DNA of 64,000 bases from the human T2T-CHM13v2.0 reference genome, Homo sapiens (GCF_009914755.1 NC_060928.1), one strand, 5' to 3'; counted from the first letter of the stretch, positions 25,410-40,700 are shown. Notes: generated by a model from the sequence alone, not told the origin. Numbers and translations are program-made.

Positions 25410-25880
25410 CCATTTTACATAGATCACCTCGTTTACAGTCACAATCCAGAGTAGCAGTATTACTATTTTATCAATGAGTATTAGATAAGTAATTTGCCCA
25501 AAGCCACCCAGGTAGTAATTGGTGAAGCTGAGATTTAAAACCTAGTTTATCTGGCTGGATGCGGTGACTCATGCCTATAATCCCAGCATTTTGGGAGGCT
25601 GAGGCAGGCGAATCACGAGGTCAGGAGTTCAAGGCCAGCCTGGCCAACATGGTGAAACCCCATCTCTACTAAAAATACAAAAATTAGCCAGGCATGGTGG
25701 CACGCACCTTAGCTCCAGCTACTTGGGAGGCTGAGGCAGAAGAATCACTTGAACCCAGGAGGCAGAGGTTGCAGTGAGCCGAGATCACACCACTGCACCC
25801 CAGCCTTGGTGACAGAGCAAGATTGCATCAAAAAAAAAAAAAAAAGAACCTAGTTTATCTGACTTCATGCTTTTAAACAC
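25410..25880 (-). mobile_element. MIR interrupted by an Alu
   Basis: AGTAATTTGCCCAAAGCCACCCAGGTAGTAATTGGTGAAGCTGAGATTTAAAACCTAG. Confidence 0.8.
25553..25845 (+). mobile_element. AluSg-like, full length
   Basis: TCACGAGGTCAGGAGTTC diagnostic; TSD AACCTAGTTTATCT at 25539-25552 and 25847-25860. Confidence 0.96.
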
Positions 25881-26064
25881 TGGCTGGTCCATAAGTTTTA
25901 TCTACTATATTATATTCTCTCACGGAAAATAATTTCCTACTTCTTAAAAGTTATTTTAAAAGCAATTATACTTATAAGAAAAATTGGAAACCATTAGGTT
26001 TCACCAAGGAAAGTGAACATTTTATTTCTAATTATTGTCCTGTAACAAAAATAATAGTGCTACA

Positions 26065-26290
26065 CGTTTGAATGGTGCTTTGCAGTATATACAGCTCTTC
26101 CATGTTTACTACCTTGTTCAACTATTACAGCCATATGAAGTAAGGTATATTGACTCCATTTTACAGATGAGAAATTGAGGCTAGGAGAGATGGATTGACT
26201 TCAGTAAGGACCCCCAACCAGTGTTCTGTAGAATCAGAATGCAAACTCTCAACCTCTAAAATGTAACTAATATGAATTCCAATATACTAC
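26065..26290 (-). mobile_element. MIR
   Basis: CTCCATTTTACAGATGAGAAATTGAGGCTAGGAGAG core. Confidence 0.85.
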
Positions 26291-27349
26291 AGTTGACTTC
26301 CATTAAGCAACCTAAAAATATTGGAATTACAAAATAGGGGATTTATACTCTGCAAATCTTTCCAAAATGGAAGATGGTACTTTTTAAAGATTGCTTAATG
26401 GACAGGGGAATTTCCAATTTGACACCAACTCATGACTAATTTCCATAAATTATAGCCTTCATTTGATACTTACCAAGTATTAGCAAGTATACGAGTCTTG
26501 ACCAACAGAGTCAAATGCTTTGCTATTTTAACATTACAATTTGTGCTACAATATAATAGATATAGGAGACGGGAATCATAAATGCATTCTGGACAACTTC
26601 TTTTCCATGTCCTGCCTCCAGAGTTAGGTAACAAACAGCAACTTTTCCTAGTGATGCGGACTTGTATGAAAAGCTGATGCTTCCCATTAGAATGAAGCAT
26701 CCCCGGCATTTATGAGGCACATGATCCACATGTCTGAGGACCGCCTTACCTACTAACCCAGTTCTTCGTGACCTCTCCTCCTTCCTCCACACCCCAGTCT
26801 GGACCACCTGCTGCACTTTCAGGCAGAGTTGCTCCAGAAGAGGCTGATGTCCTTCCTGCCCACTGATGTTGTTGTTTCATTCCCTAACCCCTTCCTAATC
26901 GTCCGCCTCCCTGAGAGGCCAGCCTCAGGCTTCGGCACTGCTTTTGACATGCTCACAGAGGCAGGAGTTGTGGCAGTGCCTGCTCCCAGATTCACCCCAT
27001 TCTGAAACATAACCCCAGTCCCTGGCCTGTCCTACAGATTGGTAGCATCCTTCCTAGGAAAGAATCCTCCCTCTGCAGTGTTTTATACCAATGTAAAATG
27101 AGAAGGCACAGAAGCAATTCAGAAACACTGAAATACCGAGAGGAGTTCCTATCCATGGGAATTTCGCAAATGAAGTGGAATGAGCGGAGAGAAAGTTTAG
27201 TCCACATAAAATAATGCACAGTTCCCATCCTAAAAGGCGTCATTCTAACGACTTTAGAGAAATAAGAGAACACAATTGAGTAAATGGGAGAGGTGAGAAA
27301 ATGGGTTGAATGAAGCAAAGAAGAGAGAAGAGATCAAATGTGTGCAGCG

Positions 27350-27575
27350 TATGATTATTGTCATGTTTGCTATGTGCAGGCAGTGTGCTAGGTTTATGTA
27401 TAAATATATGTATATTGTCATGTCATTGTCATCCCCCATGAGGGTAGTTACTACTGTTTAGTGCATTTTGAAGACAAGGAAATCAAAGCATAGAGAACTT
27501 TAAAACCTTTAGGAAGAGGCAGAGTCTGGGTCAAACCTGGCAGTCTGGCACCCAACTGTGGTCACACCACTCAAT
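27350..27575 (-). mobile_element. MIR
   Basis: CTATGTGCAGGCAGTGTGCTAGG...CATTTTGAAGACAAGGAAATCAAAGCATAGAGA...TCAAACCTGGCAGTCTGGC. Confidence 0.75.
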
Positions 27576-28517
27576 GAAGCCTCTCCAGGAAGAGTCTGAG
27601 AAAAAGCAAAGGATAGTGTCATGTTGGGGGCCACAGAGAGATGGAACAGACTGCGACAGATAGTGACGTGGCAGAGGAGGCTTTAAAGGCAAAATAAGGC
27701 CATGCCACGAGGTGCTTCAGAGCCAAACAGATGAGGGGACTAGATTTTAAAAGCTGCTGGGAAACTCACTTTAAGTGCATAGTGTAGTGATCTGATCCAA
27801 GGAATCTTTGGGGAGATTAACTGTTCAGAGATTGAAATAGAAGCCTGAGGGGGTAATCCTGATTTTAGATATTTTTTAAGCATAAGGAGTTAACTGGGCT
27901 TTTGTATTTCCATATCACAGAGCAATGTGTGTAGATGCCAGTGATCTTAAGATTGTTAAAAGCTGCTGAAGTTCATTCCTTCCTCTTCCCTTCTCTCTAT
28001 CCTTTTTTTCCTTTAAGAATCCACTGGCAGCATGAAAAGATAATTCTGTGTCTCTTACCATAACTAATTTCTGAAGTAGTTCAGAATAATTTTCTTCTCC
28101 CACCGGGGCACATACGGAATTCTGTCACTCTGATAACCCCCGTCTCCTGCCCTGTGGATCTCAGTGCTTGTCACGTAACTCGTCTGGCTACCTCAAGCTT
28201 CTTAGCAACTGAATCATCCTCCTTACTGACTCTTCTCCCAATTGCACAGATGCAAAGCTCTAAGTCATCTATGATACATATGATATCCAAACATGAAATC
28301 ATTTCCACATTTCTCCCACAACATATAGCTCCTTTTCCTTCTGGCAGTCACTTGTCTCAGGAGACCTATATTACTCTGTGTCTGAATTATTGTGTTATCT
28401 TTCCATCAGATCTCCCTATCTCTACTGTCTTCCTTCCTTTCATTCTACACATTAGACCAGAATATTCTTTATTAAACAGATTTTGCTCATATTTATCTTA
28501 TTTGGAATTCCTATGGC

Positions 28518-29098
28518 CAAAAGTGTCACAATTCTAACTCAAGTTCACTTAAGGAAAATAAAAATGTGAGAAGGCAGTACAGTTTCACTTGGGGCTTAAA
28601 AAATGAGAATTACTGGTAGAGATTTGGCTTACTGTGCATCTGAATGCAGGTGTTCAAGTGTTATCATAAAAATTTTGATTGCCTCCTTCTCTAGGTTCCT
28701 TGAGCTTGATTCTCAGGTCTGCTATCTTCCAGGTGACAGCAAGATAACTACCAAAATCCCAGGTTTAATTTCTACTAGTTCATCAACTTCTGTGAAAAGA
28801 GAAATTCTGTTTTAAATAATTTCTGTAAAATCCCGATTGCATCTTATTATCCTGGTTTGATTCATGTGGACATTCCTGGTACAATTGTAGCAAAAGAAAC
28901 AAAAATGCAGGATGATCAATATGGGTCACATACACGCTCTCCTCTAGATGCGATGGGTGCCATTATTATACTACATTAACTGAGTAGCAGAGGAGTGCTT
29001 CCCCAATGGGAAATGAGGGTGCTTTCACCAGAATGTGAGGGAATGGGTGCTAGAATTATTGTTTTTTATCCAGACAAAACCCAACAAATATCAATTAT
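28518..29098 (-). mobile_element. MLT1K-like LTR
   Basis: TTCCCCAATGGGAAATGAGGGTGCTTTCACCAGAATGTGAGGGAATGGGTGCTAG plus upstream blocks colinear with MLT1K. Confidence 0.75.
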
Positions 29099-30036
29099 AA
29101 TATGCACACCATACAACTCAAAAACCTACAAGAATTTTTATTGCCATAGAGTAAGTTAAGTAATATCATAAAATTGCAAAGCTAAAAAGGACTTTGAAGT
29201 TCATCTTATCCAGTCAACTTCAGAGAAATACACTGAAAACAAGTAACAGAGCCAAGCCTGGGACTCATATTTTACATCCTAAAGCATTCTTTTAACAGTT
29301 TCCTGAGTGGAAATTCAAGCTGCTCTTCAAGTACTCTTCATAAACTGCATACATTTTACCTACCTTCCTTACCTTTCATTGGTTCCCGAGAATTCTAGGC
29401 CAGGTGAACTTACCTTCTCAATATCCCTGAAGGTGCTTTGCTTATTTTTACCTTTGTACCTTTGCTTCTATTTTCTAGTCATTGTTAACTCATGTCTTTT
29501 TCATTTATCCCAACCCAAGGCATATCTAAGACCCAACTCAAGTTTTACTTCTCCATTAGCCATCACTGGGCTTGTTTTCCATTGCACCGAGAAAACTGAA
29601 GGAATCAGATGGGAGTTTACACACGCTCCAATCACATCGCCTTTTCACCTACTTACATTTGCCCCCTCGTGTGCCATGTTTTTTCCCATTTCTACAGATC
29701 CAAGCTCCCAGTTGAAGCCAAGCCCTCCACTCATACACAGAATTCCATCCTTTCATCTACTCAAAGACATATCTTAGCAATTCTCCTTTATCATTAGTAT
29801 TTGTCTTTCTAGAGGATTACCACCATCCTTATCAAAATTGTCATTATTTCTTCAATCTTATAATACCTCTTTGACCTCATTTTCCTCTTCTCTTATTCTG
29901 TAAGAAAAACTCAACCTGACAGTTGTCTGTCTACACTGGCTATCTCTAGTTCCTCTTCTCCCATTCTAACTTTGCCAATCCCAGTAAGCTTTGTGCTTCC
30001 ACCATGCCAGCAAAAATGGTCTTATCAAGGTTGCAG

Positions 30037-30443
30037 TGTAAGGTAGAATAACCTAGGCTGCAGTGAAAAATAAACCTGAATATGTAAGTCCATGTTTTTC
30101 ACTGTTGTTATTACAAGTCCAGTTTGAGTGGGGGAACAGGTTGCCAAAGTATTTTCTCTCCTTTTGATCATTCAAGGACCCAAGCAGCTGAAGACTGTGT
30201 CATCTGACATGTTTTCCAAGGTCACCGGTGGCATTTTACCCCTATCATCTGGATGTAGGAAAGACAGGGGAGTTACAGCTGGGTGGTTTGTATGGGCGAG
30301 GCCTGGAATGAGTACACAGTACATCCATTCATTTCATTGTTCAAAGCACAAGCTGACGGCCACACTGAAGCCCCAGGGAAGGCTGAGGACTATAGTCTAG
30401 CTCTGTATCCAGGAAAAAGAGGAAGTGCACTTGGTTGACTACA
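30037..30443 (-). mobile_element. MLT1I/J-like LTR nested in the L2 RT region
   Basis: TGTA...ACA ends; TCATTCAAGGACCCAAGC and GGCCACACTGAAGCCCCAGGGAAGGCTGAGGACTATAGTCTAGCTCTGTATCCAGGA. Confidence 0.75.
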
Positions 30444-31690
30444 TTTGCTTTGTTAAATAGAAGAGACTGCTTTCATCACCCGTGTTCCTTGAACTCTCAG
30501 CAGCATTTGACACTTTAGAGCAGGCTTACTTATTTAAATCTCTTTCTGCTCTTGGCTTCCAGGACATCACACCCACACAGCGTGCCTCCTGCCTCTCCAA
30601 ATGCTCTTTCCAAGGCCCTTTGCTTATTCCTCCACCATTCTCACTTTCAGACATTGGATTGTTTGCTATGCTCAATGTTGGATCTCTATTCTTGTCAGTC
30701 TATTTTCCCATTCCTGTTGGTTTTATCCAGTGGCATGGGTTCTAAATGCTGACAACTCCCGGCTGATTGATAAGATTGGTTGTATTGCAATCCTAGGCCT
30801 CTTCTAGTCCAGTCTTGTATGTCCAGCTACCTATTCAACATGTCCACCTGAACAGCTAGCTGACAACCTTAGCAGAGGCAAAACTGAAATCTGAAAACCC
30901 TTACCCCTGCTGCATTCAACCTGCTCCTTCCCCAGTCTTCCCTAATTGGTTAAAGATATCTTGATTTATCTAGTTTTCTAGTTGCCTAGATCAAAAATCT
31001 TGGCTTCATCCTTGATACTTCTTTTTCTCTCATCCTACAAGCAATTAGTCAGCAAAATATTTTGGTTCTATGTTCCAAAATACATTCAGAATCTGAAAAC
31101 TTCTCATCACTTCACAGCTACCACCCTACTCCAAACCACCATCATCAGTTCCCTGGCGTAACAGCGTAGCTTCTTGGTTGGTCTTCCTGGATTGTGTTTT
31201 CTTGAACCCAATGTCATTCTCAACACACCACCCAGAGTAATCCTGCCAAAGTAGGAGTCAGTGCATGCCACTTTTCTGCTTAAATCCCTCCAAAGACATC
31301 TAGTTTTAAGTAAAAGTCAACATTTGTACTAGAACCAGCACGCCACTCCATGATAAGCACCAATATTCTCTGCCCTCATCTTCAAATAGTCTCTCCCTTG
31401 TTCACTCACTGCCATTTTAGTTTGTTTTGTTTTTTTAGTTTGTTAGTTTTATTTTCTTTTGTTTTTTAGCACTCCAGGGAAGCCTCCATCTCAAGGCTTC
31501 TGTGTGTGCTCTGAGCCCCACCTATTCATGTGGCTCACTCTGTCACTTCATGTAGGTCTTTTGTCAAATAATGCCTTCTCAGGGAAAACTTTCCTAGCCA
31601 TCCGTCGAAAAATCATATTTCTCCCTAACTATTTTTATTACCCTTGCCTGCATTATATTCTTTTCTTGGCAAGTATTGCTATCTAACATT

Positions 31691-31698
31691 ATACATAC

Positions 31699-31754
<56 letters not shown>
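31691..31754. repeat. Compound microsatellite (ATAC)5(AT)22
   Basis: Read directly from the sequence. Confidence 0.97.
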
Positions 31755-31760
<6 letters not shown>

Positions 31761-32611
31761 AACTGAAAACTATATATGGCTTGGCTTTTTTTTTAACTTC
31801 AGTATTCCCAGCATCTAGACAAGTGCCAGATACAATTTACATTTGTGCTGACTGAATGAGTGAATGAACTACTCTAAATCACAGTGATTCCTACTTCCTC
31901 TGAACTTCTGTAGCGCCGTATCATTCATTTGGAATTTACTCATAGTCTGCCTTTTTTTAACTTTTCATGAGAAAATATCTTGGATTCACAATTAGATCAT
32001 AAACTCATTATATACAGAAAGTATGGATATGACTTTTTTCAGCCCGCATGCCTAATTCAGAGGTGAATGAATAAATGAATGAATGAATTATAGGAAGTTC
32101 ACCAGATGGGTACAGTACAATTGGTGGATGATGGACTGTGGAGGCCAAGATGTAAAGGGGACTGAAATCTAAGAAGGATAACTTAAAATTGCAGATTCAG
32201 GTAAAGGTGTTAGAGGCACTCAATAAGGCGAGGCAAGCTGAGAAGTGCACTATGTCATTGGAATGAAATGTAGCTGGCCCTGACGAAACCAGTACTGAAT
32301 CCACGTGCCAGCTTCTCTCACTCAAGCCTTCCTGTTTGTCAGAACTATATTTGGCAGATGCCAGACACCATTCTGTTAATTTTAAAAAATGGAAACAATC
32401 TATGCGATTGAGACAAATAACAGACCCCAGATAGATGGTGCTCTTTTCTCTGTGACACAAAGGTTCCCACTGAATCAATTCTTCTATGTCGAAGGGTTAG
32501 GCAATGTGATTCTGAAACAAAATATAAACTTAGACTGGCTAATTTCCAAGTGCCCCACACTAGAAAAATGAAAGTTAAAGTGCAATCCTGGAATATTTTA
32601 CACTCAAGAAA

Positions 32612-32830
32612 TTATATATATATTATTGGATGTTGTGTGTATGTAGGTACATACATATATATGCAAATACATATACATATTATTGGATGTTGTGAGTGTA
32701 TACATATATACACATGCATATATATATTATTGGGTGTTATGCATATATAGTATACATATGTATATCGTATACATATGTACTATATATGTATATATGTACT
32801 ATATATACATATGTATTATATACATATATA
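32612..32830. repeat. AT-rich degenerate minisatellite / (TA)-rich low complexity
   Basis: Three copies of TATTATTGG(A/G)TGTT at 32621, 32678 and 32725 separated by TATACA-type filler. Confidence 0.85.
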
Positions 32831-35752
32831 CAATACTGTAAAAATATATTACAATATTGGCTGAGATTGATTTATTTGTGTTGAGTCCCATACCCAGGCT
32901 AGCTCATCTCTTTCCTCCTATTTGGTTTAGCAAGCTGTCCAGGGGAGAAGATATGTATGCATATATGGGTGTGAGTTGGAAGGGGTGGGTTAGAGGGTCT
33001 GTGTCTGTGAGTACATGGAAGAATGGACAAAATCAAGAAACAGTGTTTATGTTCTTAGCATGCCAAAGCCTAGGTTACACTGAGAAGAGTTGGTTTGTTC
33101 TGATGAAGCTGCTCAGCACAGTGGTATAGACAGGCTGGTGGAAACCTCTTCAGAAGGAAAGACGAAGCCAGGAAAGGGAGAGGGATGGAGAGGTGTTGTG
33201 ATGAGAAATCAGAAGTACGCTTTGTGAGAATAGGAAGCTCAGGGATGCATTACAGGAGGGCTGATGATATGTTCTAGCATGCTGAGCTGTGAGTTCTGCG
33301 GCTGCTCACACCTACCACGTCTCCCATAGGGTGAACATCCTCAGTGTGTACAGCACTGCTCCAGTCATCTGCCTCCTATGCTAGGCTGCTATTGAAGATC
33401 ACTGCTAGGTTTGACTGTGAAAGCAAAGAATTTTAACATCAAAAGAGAGTCCAAAAGTGAGACTTCCTAACTTCCTACTTGATGTATGTTAAAACATATG
33501 CTGTCACTAAATCAGCACCACTTTTAAGTTCTCTAATTTATCTTCCCCCCATTCTCGGGGACCTCTTCATGGACGGCTTTGCAAAGTGTCAACCTACATG
33601 AAGCTGCCTTGCACCCAGATGGGCTCTCACATCATCATCACATTCTAACGTTGCTGTTGATCCTGAGTTGCTTTCAGTGTTCTCCTGAAATTCCATCACT
33701 TTCATGCACCCCTCAGACTTCCAAATTCACCTCTTGCCTTCATTTTCATACTTAACATGCCTTCTGAAACTATGTCATGTAGACTGTTGTCATTAGGGGT
33801 AAGGAGTAGCTCTATTTCTGAGGAAATTATGGTGTGCGTCACTCTCAGAGTTATTGGCTCCACCTTCAGATCATCATTTCCAAGAATCAGGCTCATTATT
33901 GAATGCGCTATTCAACATCATGATTATGCCCCTATTCTTTCCAAATCAATTTCTCTTCAGCTTCTGTTAACTGTAGAGGGTTCTTATGTCTCTCTACTCA
34001 GATGACTCTCCTCCTCCTCACAGTTCTCATCTGAAAACACGAATTTTCTATCTTTTCTTTGCCTCTTACTGCCTCTCCCTTCTGTTATTTAACTTTACAA
34101 TTGTATTACTTAACTCTGTCAAGTATCTTGACATACAGCTTGCACAAAAGCTGCTACCCATTTAAAAGCTCATCTTATTGTTGGAAGACTCCTCCTACAT
34201 GAAAGATCTGTGGTTCTGCTTTGTGTATCAGCAGGTTCATAATAATTTCCATGGATAAAGGAGACAATAAATTTAACAAAACCCAGTGTTAGATCTTTTG
34301 ATGACGCATGTAGGTCAACTTAAGGATGTTTACATATTATACGTATATAAGCACAGACACCTCTAAATGCACGACAGACAACACTCAGAAGAGTGTCTGC
34401 TATGAAAATACAGATCCTTCCATAAAATATATGTTATCTATTATAAAATTGTTGTATACTGAGTCATTATGATATAGATAAGAAAAGATAATGGGAAAGA
34501 AACACACCTGAATTCACTTATGTTCCATTTGGCCCTTAGCCATATGAGTGTCCAATCAAGACCACCATGCTGTTTTCACACCATTTGTAGGATTGTAAGT
34601 CAGTGCAGGTGACACTGGTTCACTGCCACTCCAACCCTGCCTTGATCATAGCTCTTTTTACCCATGCTTTGAGGCATTCAGACTCAGCTCTGAGTCACTG
34701 AAGCAAAATTGGAGCATCTGGGTAGAGTCTCAAAACAGCAGAGCTTACATCAATGAGACACCTCAGTGGCTTAGTGAAACCCAAACTACAAATGCTACAT
34801 CAGTGGCTGTTGAGAAGCTATAGATTCTCTTCTATTAGGACCTAGACACAAGAACTCGTGAAAACTAGTTGGAAACCCACAATGACTTAGTATATCATTT
34901 TCCCTGTGATCTTAACTGAGTTTCTAAATACACGTTGATGCTAGTTGCAAATACAATTCCACTCCTTAAAAATTCTCAATTATTGTATTAATCTTCTGGT
35001 TGTTTTCCTCAGTGTACATGCAATCATATTGACAGCTTGAACTGCTTTGTAGTATGTGGAATAGTGCTTTTTAAAAACAAAGAAAAAAGGTAGATTTATG
35101 ATATGCTCCAGTTTCATCTTTGGAAATAAGAATTAATGTTATTATTCTTATTTATCATTCACCAATGATATAAATGTATATTATTCAATCATAAATTATA
35201 TAATCATGTTTTTTCTGTTTGTCCAATTAAGTGGCCTGAGTAAAATCATATAATCTTAGGTTTTGTTGTTGTTATTAATTTGCAGGCTGGTGATGGAATT
35301 TCATTCTTTTGACTTCTAGATTGCCTGTAAGTAAATATTTGACCTTTTCTTAAAATTGAGAACTGATAAAATACTCCATGTTTATTTTTACTTTTTTACA
35401 TAAAGCACAAAAATGATTCTAAGAGAAATATTTTTCCTTAAATATTCTGTATCTTTGCAGAAACTTACTTGTTCATTTTACAAATTTGCTTTATAGAAAT
35501 ATTCCTGAACATCAGTGTCAAGAAAGTAACCCTCTAAATGCTTTGTGACTAACTCCTGAAAATCTTATAATAAGTAATATAATTAATTATGAATACTATT
35601 ACTGTAAATTAAATACTAAATGAATTCAGGCCCGAAAACCTAAAATAATAGGTAACATGTTTTCTTCTTGTATCTGCATGCCAATTCACTTGCTATTCAC
35701 TGAAATTCTACTGATCAAGAATGTCTCTCAGATTTATGTGGACAGTATATGA

Positions 35753-36083
<331 letters not shown>

Positions 36084-38754
36084 TAATATGACAATCATTA
36101 ATGTACATACTAAATTAGCTATTTAGAATCCAACTAGATCAATACGATTTTAAAGACAAAAACTACGTGATGTTCAAGTGAATCACTGAGGTTACTGTTC
36201 ACTCAATCCACCCATCCCCCCCAGTTCCTGAAATGTTGTACAAATTGCTTTAAGGTTGAACGTTGATGGCATGTGTTCATGTGATGTGGGTATAATCAAT
36301 TGTGTATGTATGTTGTACTAATTGCTCATGTGGCTGCTGCTCAGTGCTGTCCTTTAAATAGTGACCTCTGTTAGGAAACCTTTCCAGAGATGGGAAGAGA
36401 AGCAAATCATTACAGCCTTTATGGTTTTCCCTGTTTCCTTTGGTCATGTTTTGCCTCCCACTGGTGATCCTGGAAGATGGTAAAAATGAGGTCTTACATT
36501 CGAGAAACATTAGGATTCTATTAAACGACTGTTGGTTTTTTTCCCAGCTTTATGGAGAAAACTAAATGGAATCGACTAACTGTATTTATATTAGGCTTTG
36601 GTTATTTTTAGCGTTCAGGATACTCTCCCCTGCTCTGCTCTAGATTGGCCTTGTTTCATTATTTGTGTGCCGGGAGCAACTTGAACTTGTATCTCATGGG
36701 GTATATTTGTTACTTCAAATTCAATTGAATGAGTGCTGGGGAGATCAAGCTCTTCTGAAAGGTGTGGGTGGCTGTGGAGGAAGATCAGAGGGCCTTGGTA
36801 GTAGAGATTGTCTGTGGTCATAACATTTCATTATTTCACTGTTCATGTGCGTTCTAATTTTCTACGATGAATGTCCATGGGAATAACAACTTCAGTATAT
36901 TAATAAAGTGTGATTTTTTTTCTGGCATCACAGCTCACTTTGAAGCATAAATGTGTAGGTTTTCATACACATTTTCTAGAAAAGCATTGAGCTTGGGTAA
37001 ATTAACACATTACAATTGAACCAGACTCAGTATCAGGTTCGTAAAACACGCTGGGGCATCCCTATCATGGAAGAGTCTACAATAACATCTACAAGCATAT
37101 TTTGGCAATAAAGGAGAGGACAAAATAAGTTGGCAATAAGTCAGCATGCTCTCAAGTTGACACAATTATTGCAACTGAGGATGGGCAGAAATACAACACT
37201 CTTTAAAACAAGTAGGTTCTTTTTAGAAGGAGGTAAAACAAGTTAAGAAACATACAATTTGACATGTCATTATTGTGAATTAATTTCCTAGTCATTGTAG
37301 GTGTACTGCAACAGTTCTGATTGTGATGAATTTGTTTGGAATTTATGTAGTCCAAAAATTTATTTTTAGAAGTGTTTGTGACTTTAAACTAATTAAGCAA
37401 TTTCCTGATTTTAATGAATTTTCTGCTTGGAATCACTGACTGTAAATTTGTGAGACCAACTGAATGAGACTGGCCCATGGAGGGTGATGTTAACTATCCC
37501 TGTGAGCATTTCATGTTATGAGTTTGTGTTTGTAATGCCTGCCTGCCTTCAGTCAGTGGGATATTATTTTGAATGTTTTGCTTAAATATTAAGGCCTGTT
37601 CTATCTTCGGTAAAATTGTCTCTTGTCAATTTGTGCTTTAAGGAACAACCCAAAAATGTCTCCACTGTTTTTCTGCTAGCTGAACTACTTTTCTCCCCCA
37701 CATTTGGGGAGAGTTATTTCAGGTTATGTTCAGTGAATTTTCTTCCAATGGTTTCTCCAAAGTGAATCATACGCAAAGATGCTCCAGGTGAGCTAACTAC
37801 TATTTCATACGTGGACTAGGGTTAAAGTTCCTGATACGAGCACCTCCCTGTCACTTTCACTCTCATTTGGGCCTATTCACAAGAAGTCTGATCTCCTACC
37901 TTATCAGACCACTAGTAAGGTTTGAGCTTGACAAACAGTGTTATACTAATATACCCTTAATATGCTGCTTCCTCTTTCTGGAACACTGTTTCTCTGCCTT
38001 TGCCTCTGTTCACATCACACTCATCTTTCAAGTCTTCAGCAAATACTAGGCTTCTCCCATGAAGCCTGACCTGATGCCTCCCATCAGTGTTAATATAGGC
38101 CTAAAGTATAAAAGGTTCTGAGGCCATTTACTATATCACTGATGGTTCACCTTTTGTTGGGATTTGTTTATTCCTTTTTAATTCATCGAATTATATTTTC
38201 AGTACTGTGAGAAAAATCTAATAGGTTGCCCTTCATACAGTAGATGCTCAATAAATATTTACATTAGTATTTCAGTTGTTGCCCTAACAGTAGTTTTAAA
38301 ACCTCTCATGCTTTAAATACTGAAAGATTTAGAGAGGTCCTGTCTGTTTATTCTAAATACTTATAGGCTATTTATTTCTACATTCTCATTTGATATTTGT
38401 TTGTTTAGCTTGATGTTGTTCCTTGATACTTTTCTACTCCCAGTGCATCAGAAAAATGTAATAATTAATTTGGACCTTGATAAAATGGCCTACATCAAAC
38501 GTTTCACTCATTGATTTATTCATTAATTGTGGGAACACTGAGATGCATTTGATCTAGAACTTATATTCTTTTTAAGGAGTCCTTAGATGTGATATAATCT
38601 AAGATAAAAATGAGAAATCATGAACTTTAAGTCCCCAGATAAGGGAGCAGTTACTCTTTTAGAGGGAAGTGCAGCATCTTGATGCAGATGTTGCATATTT
38701 TATTTCTTATTAAAAGAGATGTAACAGTTTTTCAGACAAAGAATGAGTTTAATA

Positions 38755-38984
38755 TTTTCTTGATCACTTACTAAATGCCAGACATTGTTGTAAGCACTTT
38801 AGCTATATTAACTAATTTAATAGTTATTGTTATCATTTCATAGTTATTATTCATGTTTTATTCTATCAAAGGGGACAGGCACAGAATAGCTACATATTTA
38901 CCCTAGACTATGTATCAATAGTAAGACAGTAATAGTGTCAGGATTCAAATTTAGGCAATCTGGTTCAAAAGCCCAAGCTCCAGA

Positions 38985-38985
<1 letters not shown>
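38755..38985 (-). mobile_element. MIR
   Basis: TACTAAATGCCAGACATTGTTGTAAGCACTTT...CAGGATTCAAATTTAGGCAATCTGGTTCAAAAGCCCAAGCTC. Confidence 0.85.

Positions 38986-40700
<1,715 letters not shown>

Larger units (their letters stand above)
29560..31868 (+). mobile_element. Long L2 including the reverse-transcriptase region and 3' end
   Basis: ORF 30482-30745 LELSAAFDTLEQAYLFKSLSALGFQD matches L2 RT (LDLSAAFDTVDH..LL..L..LGF.D); ends ACTGAATGAGTGAATGAA. Confidence 0.9.

Noticed and set aside
29307-29777. 156-aa ORF
   Set aside because: Non-ATG start, runs through pyrimidine-rich L2 sequence, no domain
32197-32560. SH3-like fragments (AKYSSDKQEGLS; ARGFSTGFVRASYI) on the minus strand
   Set aside because: Different frames, central SH3 residues missing; likely pattern over-fitting
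32612-32760. Repeat-spacer-like pattern reminiscent of CRISPR
   Set aside because: Only three degenerate copies, spacers are related low-complexity TA/CA sequence, eukaryotic context, no cas genes
32968-32998. Possible G-quadruplex
   Set aside because: First loop is 12 nt; weak, common motif
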